From Mycobacterium sp. (GTDB taxonomy: Bacteria > Actinomycetota > Actinomycetes > Mycobacteriales > Mycobacteriaceae), in assembly GCF_025933915.1 (NCBI RefSeq), contig NZ_JAICZA010000003.1, forward strand, positions 4,504 through 68,503: a stretch of DNA of 64,000 bases. Direction: 5' to 3'. The notes under the pieces were generated by a model. It saw only the letters and a list, made by a program, of their open reading frames with translations. It was not told the origin of the DNA and did no database searches. Of the stretch, positions 22,676 through 32,194 are shown piece by piece (within the stretch, counting starts at the first letter, position 1; every line of letters starts with the position of its first letter). Position numbers and translations under genes: made by a program.

Positions 22676-23095
22676 TCAGCCCTCCGGGCCAGCGCCAGCA
22701 GATGGTGAGTTATTGCGTTGATTGGCTTCCAACTCGGCCAGTGCGCGCCGAAGCGCCTCTGCCTCGTCGGCGCCGACGCGCTCGACGAAGTGCACCAGGG
22801 CGGCCTGTCGGCCACCGGAATCCTCGGCCTGGGATAGCGCGTCCACCATCAGGCCGGCGACCAGCTCGTCGCGGCCGTGCACGGGGGCGTACCGGTGTGC
22901 CCGGTCGTCGCGGATCTGGGAGACCAGGTTCTTCTTGGCCAACCGCTGCAGCACGGTCATGATCGTGGTGTAGGCGAGGTCGCGCTGAGCCGACAACGCC
23001 TCATGGACCTGGCGAACGGTCTGCGGCTCGGCCGTGGACCACAGATGGTCCATGACGGCCCGTTCGAGGTCCCCCAGCCGTGTCAGTTTGGCCAT
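22676..23095 (-). CDS. blaI: BlaI/MecI/CopY-family repressor (Rv1846c-like)
   Basis: LGDLERAVMDHLW, LAYTTIMTVLQRLAKK, RAHRY winged helix. Confidence 0.96.
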   Translation of the reverse strand: MAKLTRLGDLERAVMDHLWSTAEPQTVRQVHEALSAQRDLAYTTIMTVLQRLAKKNLVSQIRDDRAHRYAPVHGRDELVAGLMVDALSQAEDSGGRQAALVHFVERVGADEAEALRRALAELEANQRNNSPSAGAGPEG

Positions 23096-23137
23096 ATTCG
23101 TTCATCTCCTGAGCGTCGAATCCAGACTACTCCCGCT

Positions 23138-23154
23138 TACTACCGGCGGTCGTA
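23138..23154. promoter_or_regulatory. BlaI operator
   Basis: TACTAC-CGGCG-GTCGTA fits the mycobacterial BlaI motif TAC(G/T)AC-N5-GT(A/C)GTA, 43 nt upstream of blaI. Confidence 0.8.
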
Positions 23155-23224
23155 CGGAAAGCTGACAAATCGCTGGGTTGGCCGGCGTACGCGTCGCCGC
23201 CGCGGACAAGTTGAACGATACCCC

Positions 23225-23254
23225 TTGCAAAGTTAGGGCAGCCTTCCCTATGCT
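23225..23254 (+). promoter_or_regulatory. sigma70-type promoter with overlapping IdeR box (23233-23251) driving the sRNA
   Basis: -35 TTGCAA, 18-nt spacer, -10 TATGCT; TTAGGGCAGCCTTCCCTAT matches 15/19 positions of the IdeR consensus. Confidence 0.75.
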
Positions 23255-23260
23255 AATCGA

Positions 23261-23364
23261 GTCGAGCGATAACGGACCGTGTGAGAGTCCTGAGGGCTGC
23301 AGTGACCCCCGGTCTTACTCGATCGGCGAGCCCCGTGCCTTGTGCACGGGGCTCAGCCGTTTTT
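23261..23364 (+). ncRNA. mrsI: Iron-responsive sRNA, MrsI (ncRv11846) homologue, ~104 nt
   Basis: Lies between blaI and the PaaI thioesterase, as MrsI does in M. tuberculosis; IdeR-boxed promoter; 5' stem-loop (TCGAG/CTCGA, GACCG/CGGTC, GTC-CTG/CAG-GAC) with apical AGGGCTG; ends in an intrinsic terminator. Ends are estimated. Confidence 0.8.
23324..23364 (+). terminator. Intrinsic terminator
   Basis: Perfect 11-bp stem GAGCCCCGTGC-cttgt-GCACGGGGCTC, extended by CGGC/GCCG and followed by TTTTT. Confidence 0.85.
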
Positions 23365-23435
23365 GGGGGACGTTCTCCGGGCCGGTTGTTCTGCCGCGAG
23401 AGCCTTCCCGCAAGCGATGGTGTAAACACAGGGAC

Positions 23436-23858
23436 GTGCCAGAGCCGCAGGAAACGATCATTCCGCCCCATTTCTCCGCGCCATTCGACCGCGAGATCGG
23501 CTTGCAGTTCACCGAACTCAGCCCCGACGGTGCCCGCGCCCAACTCGAGGTGACCCCCAAACTGTTGCAGCCGATGGGTCTCGTGCACGGCGGCGTTTAC
23601 TGCTCGATGATCGAAAGCATGGCCAGCGTGGCCGCCTACACCTGGCTGGCCAGCCGGGGTGGCGGGAATGTCGTGGGAGTCAACAACAACACCGATTTTC
23701 TGCGTTCCATCGGTTCGGGCATGGTGTACGGCACCGTCGCACCGATACACCGCGGCCGGCGCCAGCAATTGTGGTTGGTCACCATCACCGACGACGACGA
23801 TCGCGTGGTCGCCCGGGGCCAGGTGCGGCTGCAGAATCTCGAACTCCGCGACGACTGA
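23436..23858 (+). CDS. PaaI-family hotdog thioesterase (Rv1847-like)
   Basis: LLQPMGLVHGGVYCSMIE, VVGVNNNTDFLR, IHRGRRQQLW; 140 aa from GTG 23436. Confidence 0.93.
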   Translation: MPEPQETIIPPHFSAPFDREIGLQFTELSPDGARAQLEVTPKLLQPMGLVHGGVYCSMIESMASVAAYTWLASRGGGNVVGVNNNTDFLRSIGSGMVYGTVAPIHRGRRQQLWLVTITDDDDRVVARGQVRLQNLELRDD

Positions 23859-23938
23859 TCAAAGGGCGCACGATTCACGTGCCCCGATCATCGAATACCC
23901 CAGTCCGGGAACAGGATTCGCAAACCGGCCGGCCCCGG

Positions 23939-25333
23939 CTAGCTGGCCCGTCTGGCGGCACTTGCTGCGGGGCGCTTGGTCTCCGCAGCGAGTACCGCCA
24001 GCTGTTCGAGCCGGGTTCGGGCGAACGCCTGCTGCTCGGTGATGGTGAGTTGGCCCCGTCGGGTACTCAGGAACGTCACCGTCCATGACAGCAGCGTGCT
24101 GACCTTGGTCTTGAACCCGACCAGGTAGACCAGGTGCAGGACCAGCCACGCGAACCAGGCGAACAGGCCGCTGAATTCGGCCGGACCGATCTTGGCCACC
24201 GCGGAAAATCGCGACACCGTGGCCATGGAGCCTTTGTCGAAGTACTGGAACGGTTCCCGCTCGGCCGGATCGGCTCCGTCGAGTTCGGCCTTGATCGTGT
24301 TGGCGACGTACTTGGCGCCCTGGATCGCACCCTGGGCTACGCCGGGTACGCCTTCGACGGCGGCGAGGTCGCCGACGACGAACACGTCGGGATGGCCGGG
24401 GATGGACAGGTCAGGCAGCACCTTGACCCGCCCGGCCCGGTCGAGTTCCACCGTCGATTGGTCGGCGAGGTCGCGGCCCAGCGGGCTGGCTGCCACGCCG
24501 GCGGACCATACCTTGCAAGCGGATTCGATGCGCCGGACGGTGCCGTCGGAGTCCTTGACGGTGATGCCGTTGCGGTCGACGTCGATGACCATGGCGCCCA
24601 GCTGAATCTCCACGCCCATTTTTTCCAGCCGATCGGCGGCCCGCCGACCCAGCTTGTCGCCGAAGGGCGGCAGCACGGCGGGGGCGGCGTCGAGCAGGAT
24701 CACGCGCGCCTTGGTGGAGTCGATGTGGCGGAAGGAGCCTTTCAGCGTGTAGGTCGCCAATTCCGCGATCTGCCCGGCCATTTCGACACCCGTGGGGCCG
24801 GCCCCGATCACGGTGAACGTGAGCAGCTTGGCCCGTCGTTCCGGATCACGAGACCGCTCGGCCTGTTCGAACGCGCTCAGGATGCGCCCGCGCACCTCGA
24901 GGGCGTCGTCGATCGACTTCATGCCCGGGGCGAACTCGGCGAAATGGTCGTTCCCGAAATACGACTGCCCGGCCCCGGCGGCGACAATCAAGCTGTCGTA
25001 AGGGGTTTCGTAGGTGTGGCCGAGCAGATCCGATACGACGAACTTGCCGGCCAAGTCGATGTGCGTGACGTCACCGAGCAATACCTGGACGTTGCGCTGC
25101 CGGCGCAAGACGACCCGGGTGGGCGGGGCGATGTCGCCTTCGGACACGATGCCCGTCGCCACTTGGTAGAGCAACGGCTGGAAGAGGTGGTGCGTGGTGC
25201 GGGCGATCAGTTTGATATCAACGTTGGCGTGCTTGAGTTTCTTTGCGGCGTTGAGCCCGCCGAAGCCTGAGCCGATGATGACGACTCGATGGCGACGCTC
25301 CGGTCCAGCTGTCGTTCCTGGCTGGGGGCTCAT
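23939..25333 (-). CDS. ndh: Type II NADH dehydrogenase
   Basis: IIGSGFGG, HLFQPLLYQVATG, VIGAGPTGVEMAGQIAE, FQYFDKGSMATVSR; 464 aa. Confidence 0.97.
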   Translation of the reverse strand: MSPQPGTTAGPERRHRVVIIGSGFGGLNAAKKLKHANVDIKLIARTTHHLFQPLLYQVATGIVSEGDIAPPTRVVLRRQRNVQVLLGDVTHIDLAGKFVVSDLLGHTYETPYDSLIVAAGAGQSYFGNDHFAEFAPGMKSIDDALEVRGRILSAFEQAERSRDPERRAKLLTFTVIGAGPTGVEMAGQIAELATYTLKGSFRHIDSTKARVILLDAAPAVLPPFGDKLGRRAADRLEKMGVEIQLGAMVIDVDRNGITVKDSDGTVRRIESACKVWSAGVAASPLGRDLADQSTVELDRAGRVKVLPDLSIPGHPDVFVVGDLAAVEGVPGVAQGAIQGAKYVANTIKAELDGADPAEREPFQYFDKGSMATVSRFSAVAKIGPAEFSGLFAWFAWLVLHLVYLVGFKTKVSTLLSWTVTFLSTRRGQLTITEQQAFARTRLEQLAVLAAETKRPAASAARRAS

Positions 25334-25426
25334 GTTTCCGCTGCTCCTGACGGGCGCTTTTGGGCACGCGACTGCGCTTACCAACCACGCTAGTCAGGCG
25401 GATACCCCGAAACCTAACTCACAACA

Positions 25427-25442
25427 TGTGTAATCAACCACA
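25427..25442. promoter_or_regulatory. Possible CRP-type site upstream of ndh
   Basis: TGTGT-AATCAA-CCACA matches 8/10 of TGTGA-N6-TCACA, ~95 nt upstream of ndh. Confidence 0.35.
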
Positions 25443-25524
25443 CCGCCAGTATCACGCCTGGTCGTCGACGGGCGCTGTGGCGTAGCTATCAGACCCGCGA
25501 ATCACGCCGTTGTTATTGGGGCCG

Positions 25525-25905
25525 TCATTGGGGAGAACCTTCTCCCGCGCAGTGGTCGTGGCCTTCCTGGATCATTCCGCCGGGTGCGCGCGCCAGCGCC
25601 GCCGCCTCCGCTTCTTCGCGTGTCGGGCCCCAGCCTCCGAAGTATCTGGATTTGGCGGCGTTCAAGACGAGGGCTATGCAGCCACCCTGGCCGCTGGCCA
25701 GCAGACGACAGTCGCTGATGCTCTTGCGGCACGTATCCATGACCGCCTTCTCGGCCGCGCCCTGGTTGGCTGCGCCGTCGGTGATGCTGATGTGCCCGGT
25801 GGAGTCCGATATCGCCATCGCGATCCAATTGTTGTCGGCATGCGCGACGGGGGCCGGGGCGAACGCCACGCCAACAGCGATCGCCGCCCACGCTCGATTC
25901 TTCAT
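25525..25905 (-). CDS. Secreted DUF4189-family protein
   Basis: Signal peptide ending in AHA; W-I-A-M-A-I-S, AEKAVMDTC, C..GGCIALV, GWGPTREEAE; four Cys; 126 aa. Confidence 0.8.
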   Translation of the reverse strand: MKNRAWAAIAVGVAFAPAPVAHADNNWIAMAISDSTGHISITDGAANQGAAEKAVMDTCRKSISDCRLLASGQGGCIALVLNAAKSRYFGGWGPTREEAEAAALARAPGGMIQEGHDHCAGEGSPQ

Positions 25906-26017
25906 GGACTTCCCGGACCTTTTCTTCTGCGCTGCGCGGTCGTGGCGCAGGTAAACGCTGGTACACAGAAGTATTACCGCGGCCCGACGAATCCGCGACC
26001 GCACGCGAGCGAAGGCT

Positions 26018-26935
26018 TTACAGTCCGACGAGCGGGCGCAGCGCTTCACCGGCCGCCTGGACGACGCCCGGCGTGTAGAACGGCAGGTTGATGATCACGC
26101 CGTCGATTCCCGCGTCGACCACCTTGGTCTTGATCTGATCGGCGACCGAGTCCGGGGTGCCGACCACCATCCGCTGTTTCATCTCGGCGGGAATCTGGTC
26201 GAGGTTCGCGTTTTCGTCGATCAGCACAGTGGTCAGCGTGCTGGTTTCCAGGCTGGCGGGGTCACGGCCCACCTCCTCGCAAGAGCGGCGCACCACCTCC
26301 AACTTGCCGGGCAGTTCGTCGAAGCCCGCGATCACGTTGAGGTGGTCGAAATGCCGTGCGGCGAGCGGGATTGTCTTCTTTTCGCCGCTGCCGCCGATCA
26401 TCAGCGGAATGTGGTCTCGGAAGCGAGGATTGGCGAACGCCTCGCTGGAGCGGTACCACTTGCCCGAGAAGCTTGCCTGCTCGCCCTTGATCATCGGCAG
26501 GATGATCTCCAGCGCCTCGTCGAGCCGGTTGAACCTGTCGGTGAACGTCCCGAATTCAAAACCCAACTGGTCATGCTCAAGCTGGAACCAGCCCGTACCG
26601 ATCCCCAGAATCGCGCGGCCCTGGCTCACCACGTCCAGCGTGGTGATGATTTTCGCCAGCAGCGTGGGGTTTCGATACGTATTGCCGGTCACCAGGGTGC
26701 CGAGCTGTACCCGTTCGGTGGCGGTGGCCAGCGCCCCCAGGGCGGTATAGGCCTCCAGCATGGGTTGATCGGGCGATCCCAACATCGGCAGTTGGTAGAA
26801 ATGGTCCATCACGAAAACCGAGTCGAATCCAGCGGATTCGGCCTCGCGGGCTTGAGCGATGACGGTGGGGAAGAGTTCGTCCACGCCGGTACCGTAAGAA
26901 AAGTTGGGAATCTGCAGACCAAGTCGAATAGCCAC
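26018..26935 (-). CDS. LLM-class F420-dependent oxidoreductase (Rv1855c-like)
   Basis: GFDSVFVMDHFYQ, LGTLVTGNTYRNPTLLAK, LMIGGSGEKKT. Confidence 0.92.
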   Translation of the reverse strand: MAIRLGLQIPNFSYGTGVDELFPTVIAQAREAESAGFDSVFVMDHFYQLPMLGSPDQPMLEAYTALGALATATERVQLGTLVTGNTYRNPTLLAKIITTLDVVSQGRAILGIGTGWFQLEHDQLGFEFGTFTDRFNRLDEALEIILPMIKGEQASFSGKWYRSSEAFANPRFRDHIPLMIGGSGEKKTIPLAARHFDHLNVIAGFDELPGKLEVVRRSCEEVGRDPASLETSTLTTVLIDENANLDQIPAEMKQRMVVGTPDSVADQIKTKVVDAGIDGVIINLPFYTPGVVQAAGEALRPLVGL

Positions 26936-26998
26936 GGTGATCACCGTAGCGATCGGCCGGGCATGGGAGAAGGGTTTGCGAAGGGCGCGCGTTACGCC

Positions 26999-27676
26999 TC
27001 AGGCGAACTGAGCGAGCGCACCATGGCTCACGTGCAAGGTCTGACCGGTGATGTGGCGCGCCGCCGACGTGGTCAAGAACAGTGCCAAGCGGGCGACCTC
27101 CGCGGCCACCGGCGCGGGCGTGCGTGAGAGGCCGTCGTAGCCGGCCTGAGCGCTGCGCCCACTCGCGACGGCGTTGACGGTGATTCCGCGCGTGCCGAAA
27201 ACGCCTGCCTGTCCGGCGGTCCAATTGGTCAGCGCCGCTTTGATTGCGGCGTCGGCGCTGCCCGCCGGCGGATTTTCGGGTACCACGCTGATGATGGATC
27301 CGCCCGAGCGCAGGTGATCACCCACGGTTTGGACCGTCAGCACCGCCGAAAGCACCGTCGCGTCAAGGGCATTGCGCCAGGCGTTGGCCGTATCGGCGAT
27401 CGAGTAGGTGCGCGGATCACCGGCCTCCCAGGTGGGTGCCGGCACGTTGACGATGGTGTCCAGGTGATGGGGGAACAGCGGGCGGGCATCTTCGAGGCTG
27501 GCCGGGTCGGTGGTGTCGCAGACGATCCCCTCGACCTCCAGTTCCTTGGCGGCGATCTCCAGATCGCTCTTGCGCGCACCCACGAGGGTCACGTTGTGGC
27601 CGTCATCGCGGAAGCCCTCGGCCACCGTGCGACCCAGCTCCGTGTCTCCGCCGGTAACCAGTACCTCCACTGCCAT
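26999..27676 (-). CDS. Short-chain dehydrogenase-like protein (Rv1856c-like)
   Basis: VLVTGGDTELG, GSIISV, RGITVNAVASG, HITGQTLHVSHG. Confidence 0.9.
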   Translation of the reverse strand: MAVEVLVTGGDTELGRTVAEGFRDDGHNVTLVGARKSDLEIAAKELEVEGIVCDTTDPASLEDARPLFPHHLDTIVNVPAPTWEAGDPRTYSIADTANAWRNALDATVLSAVLTVQTVGDHLRSGGSIISVVPENPPAGSADAAIKAALTNWTAGQAGVFGTRGITVNAVASGRSAQAGYDGLSRTPAPVAAEVARLALFLTTSAARHITGQTLHVSHGALAQFA

Positions 27677-27862
27677 GACCTCCTCTGCCTGGGATTTCAG
27701 CGCGTTATGGCGTCCATCCCCGTACATGTTACTGGACAGTAGCTACCTGCGGAAATTTTTGCGCCGCGACGCGCGGATCATTTGGATAACTATTGGTGCG
27801 TCACTTTCTTGCGGCGATTCGCCGCCACGCGGGCCGCATCATCGGCGGGTTATGGTTCATCC

Positions 27863-28639
27863 ATGCATCGGATCGGGATCCTGGCCGGTTTGGTTTCGAC
27901 GATGCTGGTAGCGGGCCTGGTCGGGTGTGGTTCCAAAGCGCCGCCCGCGCAGTCCTCCCAGGCATCCGGGAAAGTCATGGTCTTTGCCGCCGCGTCGCTC
28001 AAACCGGCGTTCACCCAGATCAGCCAGCAATTCGAGGCCGAAAACCCGGGCGTCGGAGTCGAATTCCAGTTCGCGGGCTCGTCCGAGCTGGCGACCCAGT
28101 TGACGCAGGGCGCGACGGCCGACGTCTTCGCGTCGGCCGACACCGCGCAGATGGACACGGTCAGCAAGGCGGGTCTGCTGACCGGCGACCCGACGAACTT
28201 CGCGTCGAACACGTTGGTCATCGTCACCGCACCGGGCAATCCGAAAAAGGTCGGTTCCTTCGCCGACCTGGCCCGGCCCGGGCTCAACGTGGTGATCTGT
28301 CAGCAGCCGGTGCCGTGCGGTGTGGCCACGCGTCGTGTCGAGGACAGCATCGGTGTGCGTCTCAACCCGGTCAGCGAGGAACTCAGCGTGACGGACGCGC
28401 TCAACAAGGTGACCAGCGGCCAGGCCGACGCCGCGCTGGTCTACGTCACCGACGCCCAAACCGCCGGAACCAGGGTCGCGACCGTGACCTTCCCGGAGGC
28501 CGCCGGCGTGGTGAACGTCTATCCCATCGCCGTGCTGAAGAAGGCGCCGCTGCCCACCCGGGCGCGGAAATTCGTCGACCTCGTGACCTCCCCGACTGGG
28601 CAGCAGATCCTGGCCCAGGCCGGCTTCGCCAAACCCTGA
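27863..28639 (+). CDS. modA: Molybdate ABC transporter substrate-binding lipoprotein
   Basis: Lipobox [43 protein letters not shown]. Confidence 0.96.
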   Translation: MHRIGILAGLVSTMLVAGLVGCGSKAPPAQSSQASGKVMVFAAASLKPAFTQISQQFEAENPGVGVEFQFAGSSELATQLTQGATADVFASADTAQMDTVSKAGLLTGDPTNFASNTLVIVTAPGNPKKVGSFADLARPGLNVVICQQPVPCGVATRRVEDSIGVRLNPVSEELSVTDALNKVTSGQADAALVYVTDAQTAGTRVATVTFPEAAGVVNVYPIAVLKKAPLPTRARKFVDLVTSPTGQQILAQAGFAKP

Positions 28640-28647
28640 CCCCGACC

Positions 28648-29442
28648 GTGCACCGGCCTACGGATCTGCCGCGGTGGGTGTATCTCCCCGCGGCCGTCGG
28701 GACGACCTTCGTGGTGCTTCCCTTGCTGGCCATCGCGGTCAAGGTCGATTGGCCGCATTTCTGGTCGCTGATCACGAGCTCCTCGTCGAGGGCGGCGCTG
28801 GTGCTCAGCCTTCAGACCGCCACCGCCAGCACGATGCTGTGCGTGGCGCTCGGCGTGCCGATGGGGCTGGTGCTGGCCCGCAGCACGGCACGGCTCGTGT
28901 GGTTGCTGCGGCCGTTGATCCTGTTGCCGTTGGTGCTGCCGCCGGTCGTGGGCGGGATCGCGTTGTTGTACGCGTTCGGGCGGCTCGGATTGCTCGGCCA
29001 ATACCTGGAGGCTGCCGGTATCAGCATCGCCTTCAGCACCACCGCCGTGGTGCTGGCGCAGACCTTCGTCTCGCTGCCGTTCCTGGTGATTTCCCTCGAA
29101 GGTGCCGCGCGTACTGCGGGAGCCGATTTCGAGGTGGTGGCCGCGACGCTGGGGGCGCGCCCCAGCGCGGTCTGGTGGCGCGTCACGCTGCCGCTGCTGG
29201 TGCCCGGCCTCGTTTCGGGCGCGGTGCTGGCGTTCGCCCGCTCGCTGGGCGAATTCGGCGCAACTTTGACCTTCGCCGGCTCGCGGCAGGGGGTCACCCG
29301 CACGCTGCCGCTGGAGATCTATTTGCAGCGGGTGACAGACGCCGACGCGGCCGTGGCGTTGTCCATCCTGCTGGTGGTGGTAGCGGCCATGGTGGTGCTG
29401 GGGCTCGGCACGCGCCGGCTGACCGGGACCGACGTCAGGTAG
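28648..29442 (+). CDS. modB: Molybdate ABC transporter permease
   Basis: [31 protein letters not shown]; GTG at 28648 within the longer track ORF. Confidence 0.95.
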   Translation: MHRPTDLPRWVYLPAAVGTTFVVLPLLAIAVKVDWPHFWSLITSSSSRAALVLSLQTATASTMLCVALGVPMGLVLARSTARLVWLLRPLILLPLVLPPVVGGIALLYAFGRLGLLGQYLEAAGISIAFSTTAVVLAQTFVSLPFLVISLEGAARTAGADFEVVAATLGARPSAVWWRVTLPLLVPGLVSGAVLAFARSLGEFGATLTFAGSRQGVTRTLPLEIYLQRVTDADAAVALSILLVVVAAMVVLGLGTRRLTGTDVR

Positions 29443-29451
29443 GGCCGGACC

Positions 29452-30555
29452 ATGAGCGAATTGCAGTTGCGCGCGGTCGTCTCCGAGCGCCATCTGGATG
29501 TGGAGTTCTCCGTGGCCGTGGGGGAGGTGCTCGCGGTGTTGGGTCCCAATGGCGCGGGCAAATCGACTGTCCTGCATGTCATCGCGGGTCTCCTTCGACC
29601 CGACCACGGGGTGGTGCGGCTGGGGGACCGGGTCTTGACGGACACCACGGCCGGGATAAACGTCCCCACCCACGACCGCCGGGTCGGGCTGCTGCTGCAA
29701 GACGCATTGTTGTTCCCGCACATGAGTGTTGCCGCCAACGTCGCTTTTGGACCGCACAGTCGTCGCGCGTGGCTGCGCTCGGCGCGCGCGGCGCAGAAGG
29801 CGACGGCTTTGGGCTGGTTGCGGGAGGTGGACGCCGAGCGCTTTGCCGACCGAAAGCCGCGGCAGCTCTCCGGCGGGCAAGCTCAGCGGGTCGCGATCGC
29901 GCGGGCGCTGGCAGCCGAACCCGACGTGCTGTTGCTCGATGAGCCCCTGGCCGGCCTTGACGTCGCCGCGGCGGCAGCGATCCGCGCGGTGCTGCGCAAG
30001 GTCGTCACCCGCATCGGCTGCGCGGCGATCCTCGTCACCCACGACCTGCTCGACGTGCTTACGTTGGCCGATCGGGTGCTGGTACTCGAGTCCGGGACGG
30101 TCGCCGAAATCGGCCCGGTGCCCGATGTGCTCACCGCGCCCCGCAGCCATTTCGCGGCCCGCATCGCGGGTGTCAATTTGGTCAATGGAACGGTCGACCG
30201 CGACGGCTCGCTGGTCGCGCGCTCCGGCGACCGCTGGTATGCGGCCCCACGAGAACGAGGCGACCTGGTTTCGCCCGAGCAGCATGCGATCGCGGTTTTC
30301 CCGCCGACGGTGGTGGCCGTCTATCGCGATCAGCCACACGGCAGCCCCCGCAACGCCGTTGAGGTCACCGTGGCCGAGATGGACATCCGCGGGTCCGCGG
30401 TGTTGGTGCGTGGCGCTCAGCAACCCGATGGGGCCCCCGGGCTCGCCGCGGAGATCACCGCCGACGCCGCTTCGGAGTTGCGGTTGGCGCCGGGGGACCG
30501 GGTGTGGTTCTCCGTGAAAGCCCATGAGGTGGCGCTGTATCCGGCCGCGCACTGA
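29452..30555 (+). CDS. modC: Molybdate ABC transporter ATP-binding protein with TOBE domain
   Basis: GPNGAGKST, LSGGQAQRVA, LLLDEP, VTHD, VWFSVKA. Confidence 0.95.
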   Translation: MSELQLRAVVSERHLDVEFSVAVGEVLAVLGPNGAGKSTVLHVIAGLLRPDHGVVRLGDRVLTDTTAGINVPTHDRRVGLLLQDALLFPHMSVAANVAFGPHSRRAWLRSARAAQKATALGWLREVDAERFADRKPRQLSGGQAQRVAIARALAAEPDVLLLDEPLAGLDVAAAAAIRAVLRKVVTRIGCAAILVTHDLLDVLTLADRVLVLESGTVAEIGPVPDVLTAPRSHFAARIAGVNLVNGTVDRDGSLVARSGDRWYAAPRERGDLVSPEQHAIAVFPPTVVAVYRDQPHGSPRNAVEVTVAEMDIRGSAVLVRGAQQPDGAPGLAAEITADAASELRLAPGDRVWFSVKAHEVALYPAAH

Positions 30556-30687
30556 GCGCCGCCGGCGGAGTGTCCGGGCGACGCGGGGGCACCCGGCAGG
30601 TTGCACATTGGCAACATCGGCACATCTGCGCTGCATTAGTCCGCAAAGCTCCTTGCGTCACAGCGGTAACACGGTAGGTTCGTCGCC

Positions 30688-31701
30688 ATGGAGCAGGTGG
30701 AACCGACCTCGACCCGTCGCAAAGGACTGTGGACGACGCTGGCGATCACCACGGTGAGCGGTGCCAGCGCACTCGCCATCGCGATGCCGGCGACCTCGAC
30801 TGCCGATCCCGAGGTCCCGACCCCCGTCCCGCCGAGCACGGCCACGGCCCCGCCCGCGGCACCGGCGCCGAATGGGCAACCGGCACCGGTGGATCCCAAC
30901 GCGGCCCCGCCAGCACCCCTCGCGCCGAACGGGGCGCCGCCACCGGTTGACCCCAATGCGCCTCCACCGCCGCCCGTCGACCCGAACGCGCCCCCGCCGC
31001 CGCCGGTTGACCCGAACGCCGGGCGGATCAACAACGCCGTCGGCGGATTCAGCTACGTCCTGCCCGCCGGCTGGGTGGAATCCGACGCGTCCCATCTGGA
31101 CTACGGCTCGGCACTGCTGAGCAAGGTGACGGGTCCGCCACCGATGCCCGACCAGCCGCCGCTGGTTGCAAACGACACCCGCATCGTGATGGGCCGCCTC
31201 GACCAAAAGCTTTACGCCAGCGCGGAAGCCGACAACGCCAAGGCCGCGGTGCGGCTGGGTTCAGACATGGGCGAGTTCTTCATGCCCTATCCCGGTACTC
31301 GCATCAACCAGGACAGCACCCCGCTCACCGGCGCCAATGGAAGCACCGGAAGCGGGTCGTACTACGAAGTCAAGTTCAGCGATGCCTCCAAGCCGAACGG
31401 CCAGATCTGGACGGGCGTCATCGGCTCGGCCAATGGCGGGAACGCGCAACGCTGGTTCGTGGTGTGGCTCGGAACCTCCAACAACCCGGTGGACAGGGGC
31501 GCGGCCAAGGCGCTCACCGAGTCGATCCAGGCTTGGACGCCGCCGACAGCTCCGCCACCGCCTCCGGGAGCCCCGCCGGCACCAGGCGCGCCGGCGCCCG
31601 CGGCTCCGGGAGCACCATCACCGGTTCCGGGCCAGGCGCCGGCCCTAGAGGTCACTCCCACCGCCCCGACACCGGCGCCGCAGCAGACCCTCTCGGCCTA
31701 A
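30688..31701 (+). CDS. apa: Alanine/proline-rich secreted fibronectin-attachment protein (Apa/FAP/ModD)
   Basis: Signal peptide, four PVDPNA repeats, [20 protein letters not shown] motif; -10 TAGGTT 7 nt before the ATG suggests a leaderless mRNA. Confidence 0.96.
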   Translation: MEQVEPTSTRRKGLWTTLAITTVSGASALAIAMPATSTADPEVPTPVPPSTATAPPAAPAPNGQPAPVDPNAAPPAPLAPNGAPPPVDPNAPPPPPVDPNAPPPPPVDPNAGRINNAVGGFSYVLPAGWVESDASHLDYGSALLSKVTGPPPMPDQPPLVANDTRIVMGRLDQKLYASAEADNAKAAVRLGSDMGEFFMPYPGTRINQDSTPLTGANGSTGSGSYYEVKFSDASKPNGQIWTGVIGSANGGNAQRWFVVWLGTSNNPVDRGAAKALTESIQAWTPPTAPPPPPGAPPAPGAPAPAAPGAPSPVPGQAPALEVTPTAPTPAPQQTLSA

Positions 31702-31848
31702 CTGTCTCGATATCGCACAGAGGGCTACACCAAACCGATTGGTCAACCGTCTCCAATTCGACGCTGATTTCGTGACCCAAACTGGGTATACCGAAGTGAC
31801 GGCCCAGCAAAGCGCTGGGCTTTGCCAGCGATTGCAAGGAGACCCGCG

Positions 31849-32148
31849 ATGGACATCATGGCAGCTACCGAATACCTCGCTCGATCAAGCACACTCACCA
31901 GCGTCGGCTGGATCGGTTACATCATCATCGGCGGCATCGCCGGTGCGATTGCCAGCAAGATCATCCGCGGTAGCGGAGCCGGCATCTTGATGGACATCGT
32001 GATCGGCATTGTCGGCGCGTTGGTCGGCGGCTTCATCCTGAGCTTCTTCGTCGACACCGCGAGTGGTGGCTACTTCTTCACCTTCTTCACCGCGCTTCTC
32101 GGCTCGGTGATCTTGCTCTGGATCGTCGGCATGGTGCGCAGAACATAG
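31849..32148 (+). CDS. GlsB/YeaQ/YmgE stress-response membrane protein (Rv1861-like)
   Basis: [18 protein letters not shown]...[13 protein letters not shown]; SD AAGGAG. Confidence 0.9.
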   Translation: MDIMAATEYLARSSTLTSVGWIGYIIIGGIAGAIASKIIRGSGAGILMDIVIGIVGALVGGFILSFFVDTASGGYFFTFFTALLGSVILLWIVGMVRRT

Positions 32149-32194
32149 CAACTTAACCCGTTGCGGCCGTGGTGGTCAGCGGCATGATGGTGTG

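Noticed and set aside
23224-23234. RamB-like motif (AACTTTGCAAG on the minus strand)
   Set aside because: TTGCAA is better explained as the -35 of the sRNA promoter, with 18-nt spacing to TATGCT.
23178-23435. 86-aa N-terminal extension of the thioesterase ORF
   Set aside because: It overlaps the sRNA promoter, body and terminator; homology begins at GTG 23436.
30860-31020. Pro-rich PVDPNA repeats in apa as a novel repeat
   Set aside because: A known feature of Apa/FAP proteins.
31766-31788. SigF-like promoter GATTT-N13-GGGTA before the GlsB/YeaQ gene
   Set aside because: The spacer is shorter than the usual 15-17 nt and the -35 is imperfect; not supportable from sequence alone.
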